From Candidatus Babeliales bacterium (GTDB lineage Bacteria; Babelota; Babeliae; Babelales; Vermiphilaceae), in the NCBI GenBank assembly GCA_963743635.1, contig CAVUQO010000002.1:448001-512000 (forward strand): a DNA stretch of 64,000 bases, given 5' to 3'. A program made the translations under genes and the position numbers. Of this stretch, positions 8,943-19,088 are shown one piece after another. The notes beneath the pieces were generated by a model that saw nothing but the letters and a program-made list of their open reading frames with translations, searched no databases and was not told the origin of the DNA. The first letter of the stretch is position 1; each line of letters opens with the position of its first letter.

Positions 8943-10401
8943 TCGTTACGATCCGAACAATTTAGGATCAAATCAAATGGCTTTTGTACGTCCCAGAGCA
9001 GGTTTTCATCTTCAAGCTCAAGTTCGAAGTACAAGCTTAATTAATTGCCGTTTTTCCTCAACTTCAGAACTCATCAAATAAATCATATGCTCGGTTAACA
9101 AGATCCAGAACATATTTTGCAGTGATATAATAGTTATCTTCTGCTTCTTGTAATTGCTCAAGACGAGATACTAATATCGGTCACTTGATCGCGTAAATGA
9201 TGTGTAAAATTTGTCATACTCGCTCATCAGTAATTCTCCCTTTGAGTTTATCAAGATAGAGATTATCCATCATTTTGGTGGTCGTTTTTTGTTCGGAAGT
9301 GAGCTTATCAAATTCTTTATTATGAAATTCAATTTTATCTTCATGCAACTGCATTGAGCGTTTCAATAATGCTTCAGAATACTTCTTTGGCATTTGAAGT
9401 TTTTAAATACTTCGCCTCAATTGTTCGGTAATCTCTTCTTCTCGCAACCATTTTGCCCCATGCTTGCCATTATATTGGGTGCAATGATAATAGACATGCC
9501 CTTTGTGCTTCTCAGGCGTTATAGATAATCCACATTCGTCACAACGAATAAGTCCGCGATAAATATAGGGATAGCCCGCATATTTAAATGGCTTTTTTTT
9601 AAATCCTTCCTTAATCTGTTGCACTTGATCAAAAAGTGCCTTGGTAATAATAGTTGGATAGCGATGGGGATATAATTTGCCTTTACGATCATCATTCCAT
9701 AAAAGAAATGGTTTTGTAAGCACTCTTCCCAATATAGCCTTTGGCCCATGCAAGCCCATAATCTTTTTTAACTTTCTTGCATAACAAATCCATTGAATAA
9801 GCGCCAGTGGCATAAAGTTCAAAAGCGTTTTACTACAATATGTGCTTCATATTCATCAACAATGATATCGGTATTGCCATCTGTTTTAGATTGATATTTT
9901 TATAACCATAAGGTGCCTTAGATGGCCATTCTCCTTTGCGTAGCTTTTGTTCTATGCGCTCGTTTTACATTATCACTAATAGCATCGGAATAATATTTGC
10001 CAAGTCCAAGGCTGATACTGAATTGGAATTTTTCTACTGCAGAAATTCGGCTGTTAATAATTTGACCATCAGATACAAAATGTAATTCTATTTCATCGTT
10101 AATGCTTTTTCATAAAGAACTGAGATGCGCTTATCAAATACATTTCGTGAAAGCCGATCAACTTTATCACAGCATACAGCAACTTTTCTTTCTGTTCAAG
10201 AATAAAATCGATAATACGATCAAATCTCGATCGATCATTGGTATAGGCGCTTTCATCAAAGCTACAGATTTGTAAAATTTCAAAGCCTTTGTTTTGACAG
10301 TATCTTTCAAGGCGTGCTACTTGTGCAGGTAGTGAATTGCCTGCTTCTCTTTGTTCTTCTGTGCTGACTCGTGCGATAGAATTGCTTTCATGCTGTTCCA
10401 T
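8931..10401 (-). pseudogene. Large serine recombinase (resolvase + recombinase + Zn-ribbon), multiply frameshifted
   Basis: ARVSTEEQ...SLPAQ catalytic motif (10099-10401); GLIRCDECG...YYHC Zn ribbon (9403-9822); terminal KPFDLI frame runs into the tRNA-Asp 3' end. Confidence 0.85.
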
Positions 10402-10729
10402 ATTGTTAAGGAAGTCTAAAAATGGTTACGAACCATTAGTGTAGCATGAAGGTGAATGAGTTTCTACTTAGTGATAAGGATATTAAACGATCTCTCCGTC
10501 AAAGGTGATTCGTCTTTGATATTGAAGAAGATTTACGATGAGCAAGAAGGGTGATCTTTTTTATGCAAACTCTAATGTGCAGTGAAAAAGATAAGGTGCT
10601 TCGCTTATAATGGCGCCTGCTTGCCGATCAAAAGATCCACAACTTCTTTGTTGTCTATACCGGTCGATGCAATTACTTTGGTATAAGAACGGGGTGTTTG
10701 GTGATTGTTATTAGATCCATGTTTTCGAC

Positions 10730-11725
10730 TTAGATTTGCGCCTGCAAATATTTAACGGCATCGAGCTTATTGTGCTGAATAGCTATAGATAGTGGGGTCC
10801 AAATATCTCCGCCATTATAGATCAGTTGGCTTGGATTTGCGCCATTTTTCATAAGTAATTCAAGCGTTTTAACAGAATAGAAGCGACTGCATATTGCAGA
10901 TATCCAAGCACTTTTGACTGATGTACTAGTCGTAGTATAACTGCTTGAGTTGATATCGTATCCACGATTAATAAGCTCTTGTAGAAACTCAAATATTTCG
11001 TCTTCTATTCCATAAGGATCAATTTTAAGAGCGCATTCAAACATGTGGGAACCATGTTTTAAAGTATCTACGGCCTTACTATGTTTGAGTAAAAGAAGCG
11101 CAGTTTTAATATCACCTTTAGCAAGGGCATAGGCGATAGGATTAGAGGCCAGTTTCTGTAATTCTGCAACTGGTCTTCCTATCTTAGTCGTTGAAGCGCC
11201 GCATTCTAACAAAGCTTGAGTAGCCTTGGATTTGGTAAGAGATACAGCCCATCCTAAAGGGGATAAGCCTTCTTTGAACTGATTTTCATCGTTAATATCT
11301 GCTCCTGCCTGAATGGCCATTTTAATTTCATCAGGAGAATCATTGAGGATAGCGCGATATAACATATTTTTTGGGCATGGCATGATCGCGCCACAGCGCT
11401 TTAATACTTCTGCTGAGTTTAGTTTTTTTAGATCGATCGCCCATTTAAGTGGCGCTTTTCCATCCCTAAAAAGATTAACATCTGCACCAGCCCTAATAAC
11501 TTCCATAATTTCTTGAGTTGAGTTGGTCAGTATAGCTTCATAAAGCAAGTCTTGTAGTTCTTGTTGCGATTTGATTGGTGTTATTTGCGTATCAGCACGG
11601 CTGTATATTGGAAGTTCATAATCAACACGTAATGGTAGCTTGGTATTGTTTATGACGCGCATTGTTTCATTTGCATGAACTGCATTGGGTAACAAAATGC
11701 TTAAGGAAAGCATGTAGAATTTCAT
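10730..11725 (-). CDS. Ankyrin-repeat protein with signal peptide (C-terminus possibly frameshifted)
   Basis: GADVN..DGKAPL, GADIN...GLSPL, NGANP...WTPL repeats; start MKFYMLSL. Confidence 0.85.
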   Translation of the reverse strand: MKFYMLSLSILLPNAVHANETMRVINNTKLPLRVDYELPIYSRADTQITPIKSQQELQDLLYEAILTNSTQEIMEVIRAGADVNLFRDGKAPLKWAIDLKKLNSAEVLKRCGAIMPCPKNMLYRAILNDSPDEIKMAIQAGADINDENQFKEGLSPLGWAVSLTKSKATQALLECGASTTKIGRPVAELQKLASNPIAYALAKGDIKTALLLLKHSKAVDTLKHGSHMFECALKIDPYGIEDEIFEFLQELINRGYDINSSSYTTTSTSVKSAWISAICSRFYSVKTLELLMKNGANPSQLIYNGGDIWTPLSIAIQHNKLDAVKYLQAQI

Positions 11726-11763
11726 TGTATAACCTCCATGGAAATCAACGTGTGCATTAATTT

Positions 11764-12159
11764 TTAGCGAGCTCCAAGCCCTAATAGGCAATTGATAGCA
11801 TTGTATCGTTTATAGAGAGCAGATATTGCAAGCGGCGATTTGCCATCAATGTTTTGATTTACGTTAGCGCCAGCAGAGACTGCGTTGACGATATCAGTTA
11901 CAGAATCATTGATGATAGCTGTATAAAGCATATCTTGCGGAGATGGTAGCTTGGTTACCACTGAAATAATAACAGATCGGGCATATGCCGGAACTGAATG
12001 GTCAACTCTAAGAGCTTGTGCAGGGTTGTTAGCGGTATAGTGCATAGCTTGGTGGGTATTGTTAGTAACATCAATAGTTTGAGTTGATGTATCTGCGATA
12101 ACTTGAAGTGTGCATAGCGACGCCAATAGGCCATATGCGAAGAATTGGGTGTTTTTCAT
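11764..12159 (-). CDS. Short ankyrin-repeat protein with signal peptide, paralog of the N-terminus of 10730-11725
   Basis: LRVD...P.Y.R, QDMLYTAI..DS..DI...V.AGANVN..DGKSPL shared. Confidence 0.8.
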   Translation of the reverse strand: MKNTQFFAYGLLASLCTLQVIADTSTQTIDVTNNTHQAMHYTANNPAQALRVDHSVPAYARSVIISVVTKLPSPQDMLYTAIINDSVTDIVNAVSAGANVNQNIDGKSPLAISALYKRYNAINCLLGLGAR

Positions 12160-12300
12160 GGGTTGTATCCCTAAATAATGTGGGGTTTGGTAATATAATA
12201 CACTTTTAAACATATCAAATTGGGTTTATCTGGTCAACGACTAAAGCCTTTTATATAAGCATAATTACTTAAACTGGATTCAGATTGAAAATAGAGAATC

Positions 12301-12346
12301 ATGAAGATGGTCCCATAAATACAAGAGCGACTGGGCCATCTTCATT
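12301..12346. terminator. Hairpin, probable terminator
   Basis: ATGAAGATGGTCCCA...TGGGCCATCTTCAT. Confidence 0.55.
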
Positions 12347-12379
12347 GAAACACGTAGAATCGGTATTGCTTAGCGATAC

Positions 12380-12673
12380 TTACTTCCAATTCTTTTCAAG
12401 ATCAGATAGAAGACGTAAGGACGTTGGCGTATTAAGCGTTTTCAAATAGCTTGAAGTCTGATCCCTTAATTTTTTACCATAAACACCGCTATTCCAGCAT
12501 TGAATTTGCATGAGGGCTATTTGAAGGACTAAGGCATTATATTCACCACAATTTACTTGAGGTGATGCAGGTAGACTGTAAAAGGTTAATGATGTTGGGT
12601 CGTATTTTATATCAGCAGAAACGTATGACTGTGACAGGGATAAAATGGCACCAAGTAATAATAGTTTTTTCAT
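12380..12673 (-). CDS. Small secreted protein, paralog of 2928-3266
   Basis: Signal peptide; YDPTSLTFYSLP...YLKTLNTPTSLRLLSDL. Confidence 0.75.
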   Translation of the reverse strand: MKKLLLLGAILSLSQSYVSADIKYDPTSLTFYSLPASPQVNCGEYNALVLQIALMQIQCWNSGVYGKKLRDQTSSYLKTLNTPTSLRLLSDLEKNWK

Positions 12674-12696
12674 TATAATTCCTCTAATTTCTAAAA

Positions 12697-13095
12697 TTAT
12701 GTAAGTTTTTCAAGACCTAAATCAGCACTTTTTCCCCATCTGAGGACATGATTGTTTTGGAATTCTACAAAATAGTTATCATAGCTATATTTAGGATCCA
12801 TGAATGGAAGCGCAAAGAGACCGGGCCAGAAAAATATTGTTGATATAACGGTTACGGTTGTCCTTTTGCTTCTTTGGTTTTCATCAACTGTAGCAAGCTT
12901 ATATTCCCATATCTCAACTTCTTGTCCGTACGCGTTTTTTGTTTTGCTAGTCTCAGTAGGTTCGCCCATCTTCAACTTGATGTCGTGCTTATGCATACCC
13001 TTTGAGATAGTAGACAGCAATTGCTTCTTTTTGACGCCACAGCCACCTAATAATAGGACGGCCGATAACAATAATAATAGTTTTGAATTTTTCAT
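12697..13095 (-). CDS. SmpA/BamE-like lipoprotein, paralog of 3297-3686, with inserted hydrophobic segment
   Basis: Lipobox LGGC; SKGM...MGEP...GQEVEIWEY...FVEF...LRWGK. Confidence 0.7.
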   Translation of the reverse strand: MKNSKLLLLLSAVLLLGGCGVKKKQLLSTISKGMHKHDIKLKMGEPTETSKTKNAYGQEVEIWEYKLATVDENQRSKRTTVTVISTIFFWPGLFALPFMDPKYSYDNYFVEFQNNHVLRWGKSADLGLEKLT

Positions 13096-13140
13096 GATTA
13101 ATCCCTTAACCCTAAATATTGATTCTTATACCTTCGTTTA

Positions 13141-13248
13141 CTATACGTCTTGCATCGCTCTAAAGTCCGTGCTCAAGTGTATTGATGCTGGATCAGCCAG
13201 TCTTTGCAGGTACTGCTGAACAGCTTCCTTACACCCGAAATAGCTAAA
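13141..13248 (-). pseudogene. C-terminal remnant of the small secreted protein family
   Basis: Hand translation FSYFGCKEAVQQYLQRLADPASIHLSTDFRAMQDV* resembles CENAIIQYLRQLGTPVS of 13250-13657; no start codon. Confidence 0.5.
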
Positions 13249-13249
13249 A

Positions 13250-13657
13250 TTACCCGGCTTTCTCAAACATTTCTTTATAAATTTGATACGAGACTGGCGT
13301 TCCAAGCTGCCTTAGATACTGAATAATAGCATTTTCGCAATTAGATCGAGCCTCATTGAGTGCTAGCGCTTCTCCACTAGATCTGCCGCCTCCACAGCCC
13401 ATAGCAGTAAATTGCTCCCGTATTGCAGATTCTTGGCGTGCAGCTTGCATACTCATATTGTTTATAACTGACATAATGCGATCTCGTTCAGTTTGTTGAG
13501 GCCAATTATCGCTTAAAACCTTGCCTTGCTGTTTAGTTGGCTCTTGTTTAGTTGGTTGATTTCTTCTGGCTGCAGAATTTTGTCGCTGCTTTTTAGGTCT
13601 TGGAGCCGGTACTAAAGTCGTACAAGCTAATAAGAGAATGATCATTAATTTTTTCAT
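13250..13657 (-). CDS. Small secreted protein with YL..LGTP motif
   Basis: Signal peptide MKKLMIILLLACTTLVPA; basic PRPKKQR segment; C-terminal QYLRQLGTPVS. Confidence 0.7.
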   Translation of the reverse strand: MKKLMIILLLACTTLVPAPRPKKQRQNSAARRNQPTKQEPTKQQGKVLSDNWPQQTERDRIMSVINNMSMQAARQESAIREQFTAMGCGGGRSSGEALALNEARSNCENAIIQYLRQLGTPVSYQIYKEMFEKAG

Positions 13658-13879
13658 ATCTGGTCCTTTGGTTAAAATATCTGCTTGGTCTTATTATAAC
13701 ATAGAGTCACAATTTGATCAACGCGGAAAGCCTTTATCTAACGCAATAAGTATGTAATTGTTTCTATATGAATACTATCGGTGTGATGATTGAGAACTTG
13801 GAACCAATAAAATTACTTATATAAATCATCAGCCTTAGTGCTATAATATGCCTATCTATTTCGATAAAGGAGGGAGCCT

Positions 13880-14554
13880 ATGACTCACTGGGGATGGTAT
13901 TGGAAAGTAAAAAAGAAGCATTGTGCGAGAAAGATCTGCTCGAACCTACTCTCTATAGACGCCTTTAAGTTATACAAGGGCAATACCATGACTGGTTTCG
14001 GAGTCAGTCCATTGGATATCCGCGCCGATGCCAGGCCAGATCATCTAAAAATCACCTACCGAAAACGAAAAGAACATTCTTATACAATCCCTATCGACAA
14101 ACTCCCGTGTAACTATGGCGGGTTTAGATACTTCTTTAAGTGTCCGTTGTGCGAGAAGCGCATGCGGTTTTTATATTTTGCCGAGCAAAGCCTATTCATC
14201 TGCCGAGGATGCTTGAATCTTGGATACAATTCTCAGCGTCTTAGACCAACAAAACGCTATGACTACATGAGCGAGAAGGTTAAAAAACTGGTCCAAAGCA
14301 AAGGCGGGGATCTGAAGGGCTATAAAAAGCCGTCACGCATGCATAAGGAAACGTATGATATGTTACGCAGCAAGGAGTTCTATTATGAAAGCAAGTCGCA
14401 CCAAGCGCTGAATACCGAGTTGCGGCAATGGTTTGGTGCAAAGGCTGAACCATACTTGGACGAGTTCTTTGATTATGCTGATGAAACCAAGAAGTGGCGC
14501 AAGCAACGCCGTAGTTCTACAGGCGATTTTCAACCAAATCCTGCATCAACGTGA
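13880..14554 (+). CDS. Zn-finger protein of a type seen in integrative elements/prophages
   Basis: PCNYGGFRYFFKCPLC...LY...FICRGCLNLGYNSQ; strong RBS AAGGAGG. Confidence 0.75.
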   Translation: MTHWGWYWKVKKKHCARKICSNLLSIDAFKLYKGNTMTGFGVSPLDIRADARPDHLKITYRKRKEHSYTIPIDKLPCNYGGFRYFFKCPLCEKRMRFLYFAEQSLFICRGCLNLGYNSQRLRPTKRYDYMSEKVKKLVQSKGGDLKGYKKPSRMHKETYDMLRSKEFYYESKSHQALNTELRQWFGAKAEPYLDEFFDYADETKKWRKQRRSSTGDFQPNPAST

Positions 14555-16073
14555 GACCTTTTTGTAATTCACCTGTTTTTGCTCTCGGTGAGTCCGATCC
14601 AAGAGCGATCTCATTTTCTAAGTTCTTGTAGTATTGAATAGTTCGTGAGCGGCTACTGATGAAGTTAAGTGCCCATATCATAAGTATCTTATCCGGTGAT
14701 GTACTCCATCCACGCGTTAAAATCCATGTGCGCACATTAAGTCCTAACGTGATTGCTTCCCCTACATCTTTACCATATGGTGCAGGGTAAGGAAGTGCGT
14801 GAGGGTATAGTTTTCTCCATTTTTCCCACATTGCCGTGCCTCCTTCATCAGCATCATGACAAATTAAAAGAGTTTTTCTTTGCGCAAGGTAATCGGTAAC
14901 ATTATCGGGATTTTTGATATTGCTGCCTATTGCTACAATACACGCAAAGTCACTTGTTGCATTGTGTATGGCATATGCATCCAGTTCAGATTCAACGATA
15001 ATCATGAGTGCTCTTTCTGTATTACCTACAAGCGTAAGGCCTCCCATGCTGCCGGGCACAGCTATATACTTTCCCATAGTATCAGTAGGTTTCCATGATG
15101 TTCGTCTTATTTTTATGCGCAGAACGTTTCCAGTAAAATCTAGGGATGGGATAACAATGCCCGCAGGAATCCATAGTTTATTGCTGTTGCTATCTTTGGT
15201 GTCGATCGCCCATTCTGACTTGGTGCGATTAATATCCATAGGATTCCATCCTATTTTGTGTGTCCTTATCACTTCAGATGATATGCCACGCGCATCAAGC
15301 GTTTTCAGTATTTCTCCTTGATGCCAGATGTTTTTATGTGCCCATTCGACAAAGGCATTCGCTTTCGTTGTCCACATTTCAGGCGATTGAAATATCCGCA
15401 TTGGTTTGGAGGAAGGTTTTGTTGATGTCCTTAAAAAATTGTTTTTCTCGGTGAGTATAGCGCTAACCTGCTTGGCTGCATCATTGAAGTCCATGCCCTT
15501 GAAGTCCATGGCGAACTGAATTGCATCACCGCTTGTGTTGCATTGACGACAGGAATAATACCCTACGCAATTCTTCATTTGTTTATGCGGTTGCATAAAG
15601 AAGCGATCTTTGCCGCCGCACTTGGGGCACGCAGATTTATATTCTCCACCTCCCGCTGCAATACTCAATGATAGTTGAGTCAGTTTTGTCCATGCATTTA
15701 ATTCACCGTTGTGATTCTCTTTTGCATGAATCAGTTCATGGGCAAGCGTTTTAGTATTCGATGCGGTAAGTCCTTGGTGGGTTAGGCCATGCATCTTATT
15801 TTCATCAAGTCTGATTATGGCAAAATGGAAAAACGGAAAGCCGATGGTTTTTGCAGTAGCCAGCTGATTACCCGGCAGTGTGCTGTTAATGCAAATAACC
15901 GGAACGAAATTTTCCGTATGCTTCTTCATATGATCAATTTCTTTACGATATTCTTCGCAAGCCCGCATACTTTTTGGCAGGACGCTTGAAATCCAGCTAT
16001 CCAAACCTGCATTCAGGTAAGATGCGTTGAAAAGTAAGCTGAGCGCAATACCAGGTATAATATGTTTTTTCAT
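14517..16073 (-). CDS. Primase (Zn-ribbon + Toprim) fused to an N-terminal signal-peptide/HExxH segment
   Basis: CPKCGGKDRF...CRQC..SGDAI Zn-binding domain; IVESELDA and HDADEGG...KDVGE Toprim motifs; N-terminal MKKHIIPGIALSLLFNASYLNA and LAHELIH. Confidence 0.75.
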   Translation of the reverse strand: MKKHIIPGIALSLLFNASYLNAGLDSWISSVLPKSMRACEEYRKEIDHMKKHTENFVPVICINSTLPGNQLATAKTIGFPFFHFAIIRLDENKMHGLTHQGLTASNTKTLAHELIHAKENHNGELNAWTKLTQLSLSIAAGGGEYKSACPKCGGKDRFFMQPHKQMKNCVGYYSCRQCNTSGDAIQFAMDFKGMDFNDAAKQVSAILTEKNNFLRTSTKPSSKPMRIFQSPEMWTTKANAFVEWAHKNIWHQGEILKTLDARGISSEVIRTHKIGWNPMDINRTKSEWAIDTKDSNSNKLWIPAGIVIPSLDFTGNVLRIKIRRTSWKPTDTMGKYIAVPGSMGGLTLVGNTERALMIIVESELDAYAIHNATSDFACIVAIGSNIKNPDNVTDYLAQRKTLLICHDADEGGTAMWEKWRKLYPHALPYPAPYGKDVGEAITLGLNVRTWILTRGWSTSPDKILMIWALNFISSRSRTIQYYKNLENEIALGSDSPRAKTGELQKGLTLMQDLVENRL

Positions 16074-16375
16074 GGTTTTTTCCCCTAAATTGTCCCCTAT
16101 AAAGGTATAATAATAGAGTATCTGAAAAGCCATGACATGTAAAAAGGGGGGGCGTTGAAATAGCTAAAAAGGCTTCTTTACGGCCTGAACTGCTTGATCC
16201 AATATGGCATAGCATGATCCTGCTTGCGTGATGATCCATCGGGTTGGATAGTGTTCCAAGGAAATCGCCTAGGCTTTTGCGTATCTTTATGACATTGACT
16301 ATACTTGCATTATGATCTTTTCCTATAGAGACTGTCCTTATAGAATTTCATAGTTTTTAATAAGGTTATCCATTT

Positions 16376-17179
16376 ATGAAAGAGTTTGATATGCAAAAAA
16401 TAATGCTTATAGTCCTTATAGGATTGAGTATTGTAGTACTATGGATGAGAGATAAGACAGGCTTGCAGATTACTGTTCAGAATGCCGGAACAAAAGGCGA
16501 CATAGTTGTTATTACAGGGGTAACTAAGGGACTTGGCAAAGCGCTTGCAAAACAATTTATACAGCAAGGGTGGCGAGTGGCAGGATGTGGTACCTCCGCT
16601 AAAGCGATAGCCGGTTTACAAAAAGAATATGATAAGGACCATGCTTTTTCCGTTGTAGATGTAACTGATAATAACGCAGTTAAAAAGTGGGCTCATCAGG
16701 TTGAGGCTACGCTAGGAGCGCCTACTATTCTTATTAACAATGCAGGAATTATCAATAATCTTGCTCCATTATGGAAAATCCCATCTTCAGAATTTAACAA
16801 TGTTATGGCTATCAATGTGAACGGAGTATTTAATGTACTTCAACATTTCATTCCGATTATGTTGCAGGCTAAAAAAGGACTTATTATTAATATAAGTTCT
16901 AATGGCGGCAAAAAAGGAGAAGCTGAGTTTGCTCCCTATTGTGCATCAAAATTTGCAATCGAAGGGTTAACGCAATCATTAGCTCAGGAGCTTCCAGAAG
17001 GACTTACGGTAGTTTCAGTAGATCCTGGCGGGGGGATTAATACTGATATGTTAAAACAGATTTATCCAGAAAATGCTGCTGATTATCCTAATCCTGATGT
17101 ATGGGCAAAAAAAGCTGTACCGTATTTGATGTCTATAAGCGCTCAAGATAATGGTAAATCATTAATAATTCCTGACTAA
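16376..17179 (+). CDS. Short-chain dehydrogenase/reductase (SDR)
   Basis: TGVTKGLG, NNAG, YCASK motifs; N-terminal hydrophobic anchor. Confidence 0.93.
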   Translation: MKEFDMQKIMLIVLIGLSIVVLWMRDKTGLQITVQNAGTKGDIVVITGVTKGLGKALAKQFIQQGWRVAGCGTSAKAIAGLQKEYDKDHAFSVVDVTDNNAVKKWAHQVEATLGAPTILINNAGIINNLAPLWKIPSSEFNNVMAINVNGVFNVLQHFIPIMLQAKKGLIINISSNGGKKGEAEFAPYCASKFAIEGLTQSLAQELPEGLTVVSVDPGGGINTDMLKQIYPENAADYPNPDVWAKKAVPYLMSISAQDNGKSLIIPD

Positions 17180-17759
17180 ATTGTTCTGGTGCTGTCAACT
17201 AACATCGTAAATTGATCATAATCCAACATCACTTGACCATTTGAGCTCTCAAGCACTTTATAACTTTCTGGAGTGTATGGCGGCGTATTGATTACGCCGA
17301 TGACATACTCGTGATCTGGAATGGTAAAATGCGCTTTGTTTGGAGGAATGATTACTACATCTCCAGTCTTTACCTGCTGCACATGCCCTGCAACTACTAC
17401 CGCCGCTGAACCTTGCAACACAAAATATATTTCAATGCACTCATCAGGATGATAATGGGGTTCAGCAAAAAATAGTGCCGCATGTCCACAATTGCAAGTC
17501 CTTCATTGGGACGATTAAGCATGTTAGGAAGTTCATACACAATGCCGCAGGGTGATGATATCGGCGCATAGCCTTGTATTAAATCTTGCCACTGCTCATG
17601 AGCATTAAAGAATGCTTGCCACTTGGCCACAAGCTCATCAATGTAGTGTTGTTTTTTGGTATCAATCATAGGATTTATATCCTTTGTAGTATGAAATGAT
17701 TGGGCAAGCGCTATCATGCAAAACACGCTTGTGCAGGTGATAAAAAGATACTTGTTCAT
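17176..17759 (-). pseudogene. Cupin-domain protein with signal peptide, split by frameshift(s)
   Basis: ORFs 17397-17759 and 17176-17421 join; GDVVIIPPNKAH cupin motif 2. Confidence 0.7.
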
Positions 17760-17886
17760 TGTTTCAGTACGGTTATATAGTATTCGTGAGCTGTATTTTT
17801 TTCTATGAGGTACAATTTTGTGTAAGCATGAATGCTCCTAAAGTCATTTTGAGACCAGGTTTTTCTTATTTTATTCTTTCCATTCA

Positions 17887-19044
17887 TTAGCCGATGCTAG
17901 AATCATCAGAATCATCGTCATCATCCCGAGCATCCTGAGCTTGACGAAGGACAGGATGAGGGTCAATAGGATGTATCTTTGGTAATGTCTCTGCGCGGCA
18001 TATTGGGCATTTTTTGTGCCCGGCATGTATTGATCTCAAAATGCAGTGTTCATGCAATACATGGAGGCAATCAAGCAATTCCGGATATCTTTGTCTAATA
18101 ACTCAAGACAAACAGTGCAATCGTTCGTTTTTGATTCAGTAATTTTGGCAGCGCGTTTTCTTGCATAGCAGTTCTCAAGATCGTGGCAAGAGTAGTAGTT
18201 GGGATTTACCTTTAAAAGGGAAGTTGCCGCATCTATCGACAGCCTTGCATACGATGTCTAAAGCTGTTTGATTGGAAAAATATTCGTTAGATGAATCTAT
18301 AGTGAAAGTTGGCTCCATACTTTTTAAGAACGGCTATTTTTTCATGCGCAGCGATGAGATCATTAGGATATTGCAGTATCTTTTCGCCCAACACAATAAG
18401 AGGAGTTTGTCCTTGCTTAACTTTATGAATTGCAGCTGGATCTTTATCGAGATGAATAATCCAAAATGTTCGCAGGGAAACGAGGATGGCAAACGCGATG
18501 TATCTGCGTACAAGAATCATTCTCTAGATCTTTTATAGATACAGAGCCCTTTTCTATTAATAATTTGGCTATCTCTAATGATTTTGCGATACGCAAGGGA
18601 GCTATACCATAAATGGGATTCGAGACAACATCAATTCCATGCGTTTTTTTGATACTATCGCGATTCTGGATAAGAAGCTGCCAGATGAACACATCATTTT
18701 TTTCCATTGCAGCACAGGCGATCTTATGATCATATTCGCCACATAATAGTGCGTGAGCAGTTTTATGACGGGTTTTAAGGTAAGTGTCCTCATACCTCCA
18801 ATAATCTTCTCGTTTGATTTGGAGAATAAAATCTTTGGCATCTCGGCGATCTGCATGCGTTAATGATGTGGGTACGTTCAGTGCACCAAACCTATAAGGA
18901 TTTTCTCCCGCATCTAAGGCCAATGCTTCAGACTCGCCGCAATGCCAACTCTTTTGCATCTGAACCATTACGCACATCCATTGCCTGCATAGTCGTATTT
19001 ATGAATAGACCAGCACACAGTATAGTTATTGGTAGTTTTAGCAT
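17887..19044 (-). pseudogene. Secreted ankyrin-repeat + C-terminal RING-H2 protein, frameshifted
   Basis: Start MLKLPITILCAGLFINTTMQAM; ankyrin-like APL...EIAKLLIEKG and GQTPL; RING reconstructed across frames CTVC...CLHVLHEHC...CPIC. Confidence 0.7.
17921..17959. repeat. REP-like palindrome inside coding sequence
   Basis: TCATCC...TCCTGAGCTTGACGAAGGA...GGATGA; 17935-17949 is the exact reverse complement of 30426-30440. Confidence 0.7.
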
Positions 19045-19088
19045 TCGTGATTCCTTTTATTTAAGGCTTTGGTGCCATTGTTTTTTAG

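Larger units (their letters stand above)
8943..16300. mobile_element. Decayed integrative element at tRNA-Asp (right boundary approximate)
   Basis: Serine recombinase abutting a tRNA 3' end, Zn-ribbon/Toprim primase, Zn-finger protein, ankyrin cargo; AT-rich by eye; no att repeat identified. Confidence 0.65.

Noticed and set aside
8461..9081. ORFs 8461-8838 and 8863-9081
   Set aside because: Shadow translations of tRNA-Asn and tRNA-Asp
10538..10585. Short frame MSKKGDLFYANSNVQ resembling the end of the 2928-3266 protein (KKGKLFYANGAV)
   Set aside because: Too short, with no upstream similarity; cannot be separated from chance
13826..13833. CATCAGCC as a possible att copy of the tRNA-Asp 3' end
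   Set aside because: Only 8 nt, expected by chance, and lies inside the presumed island
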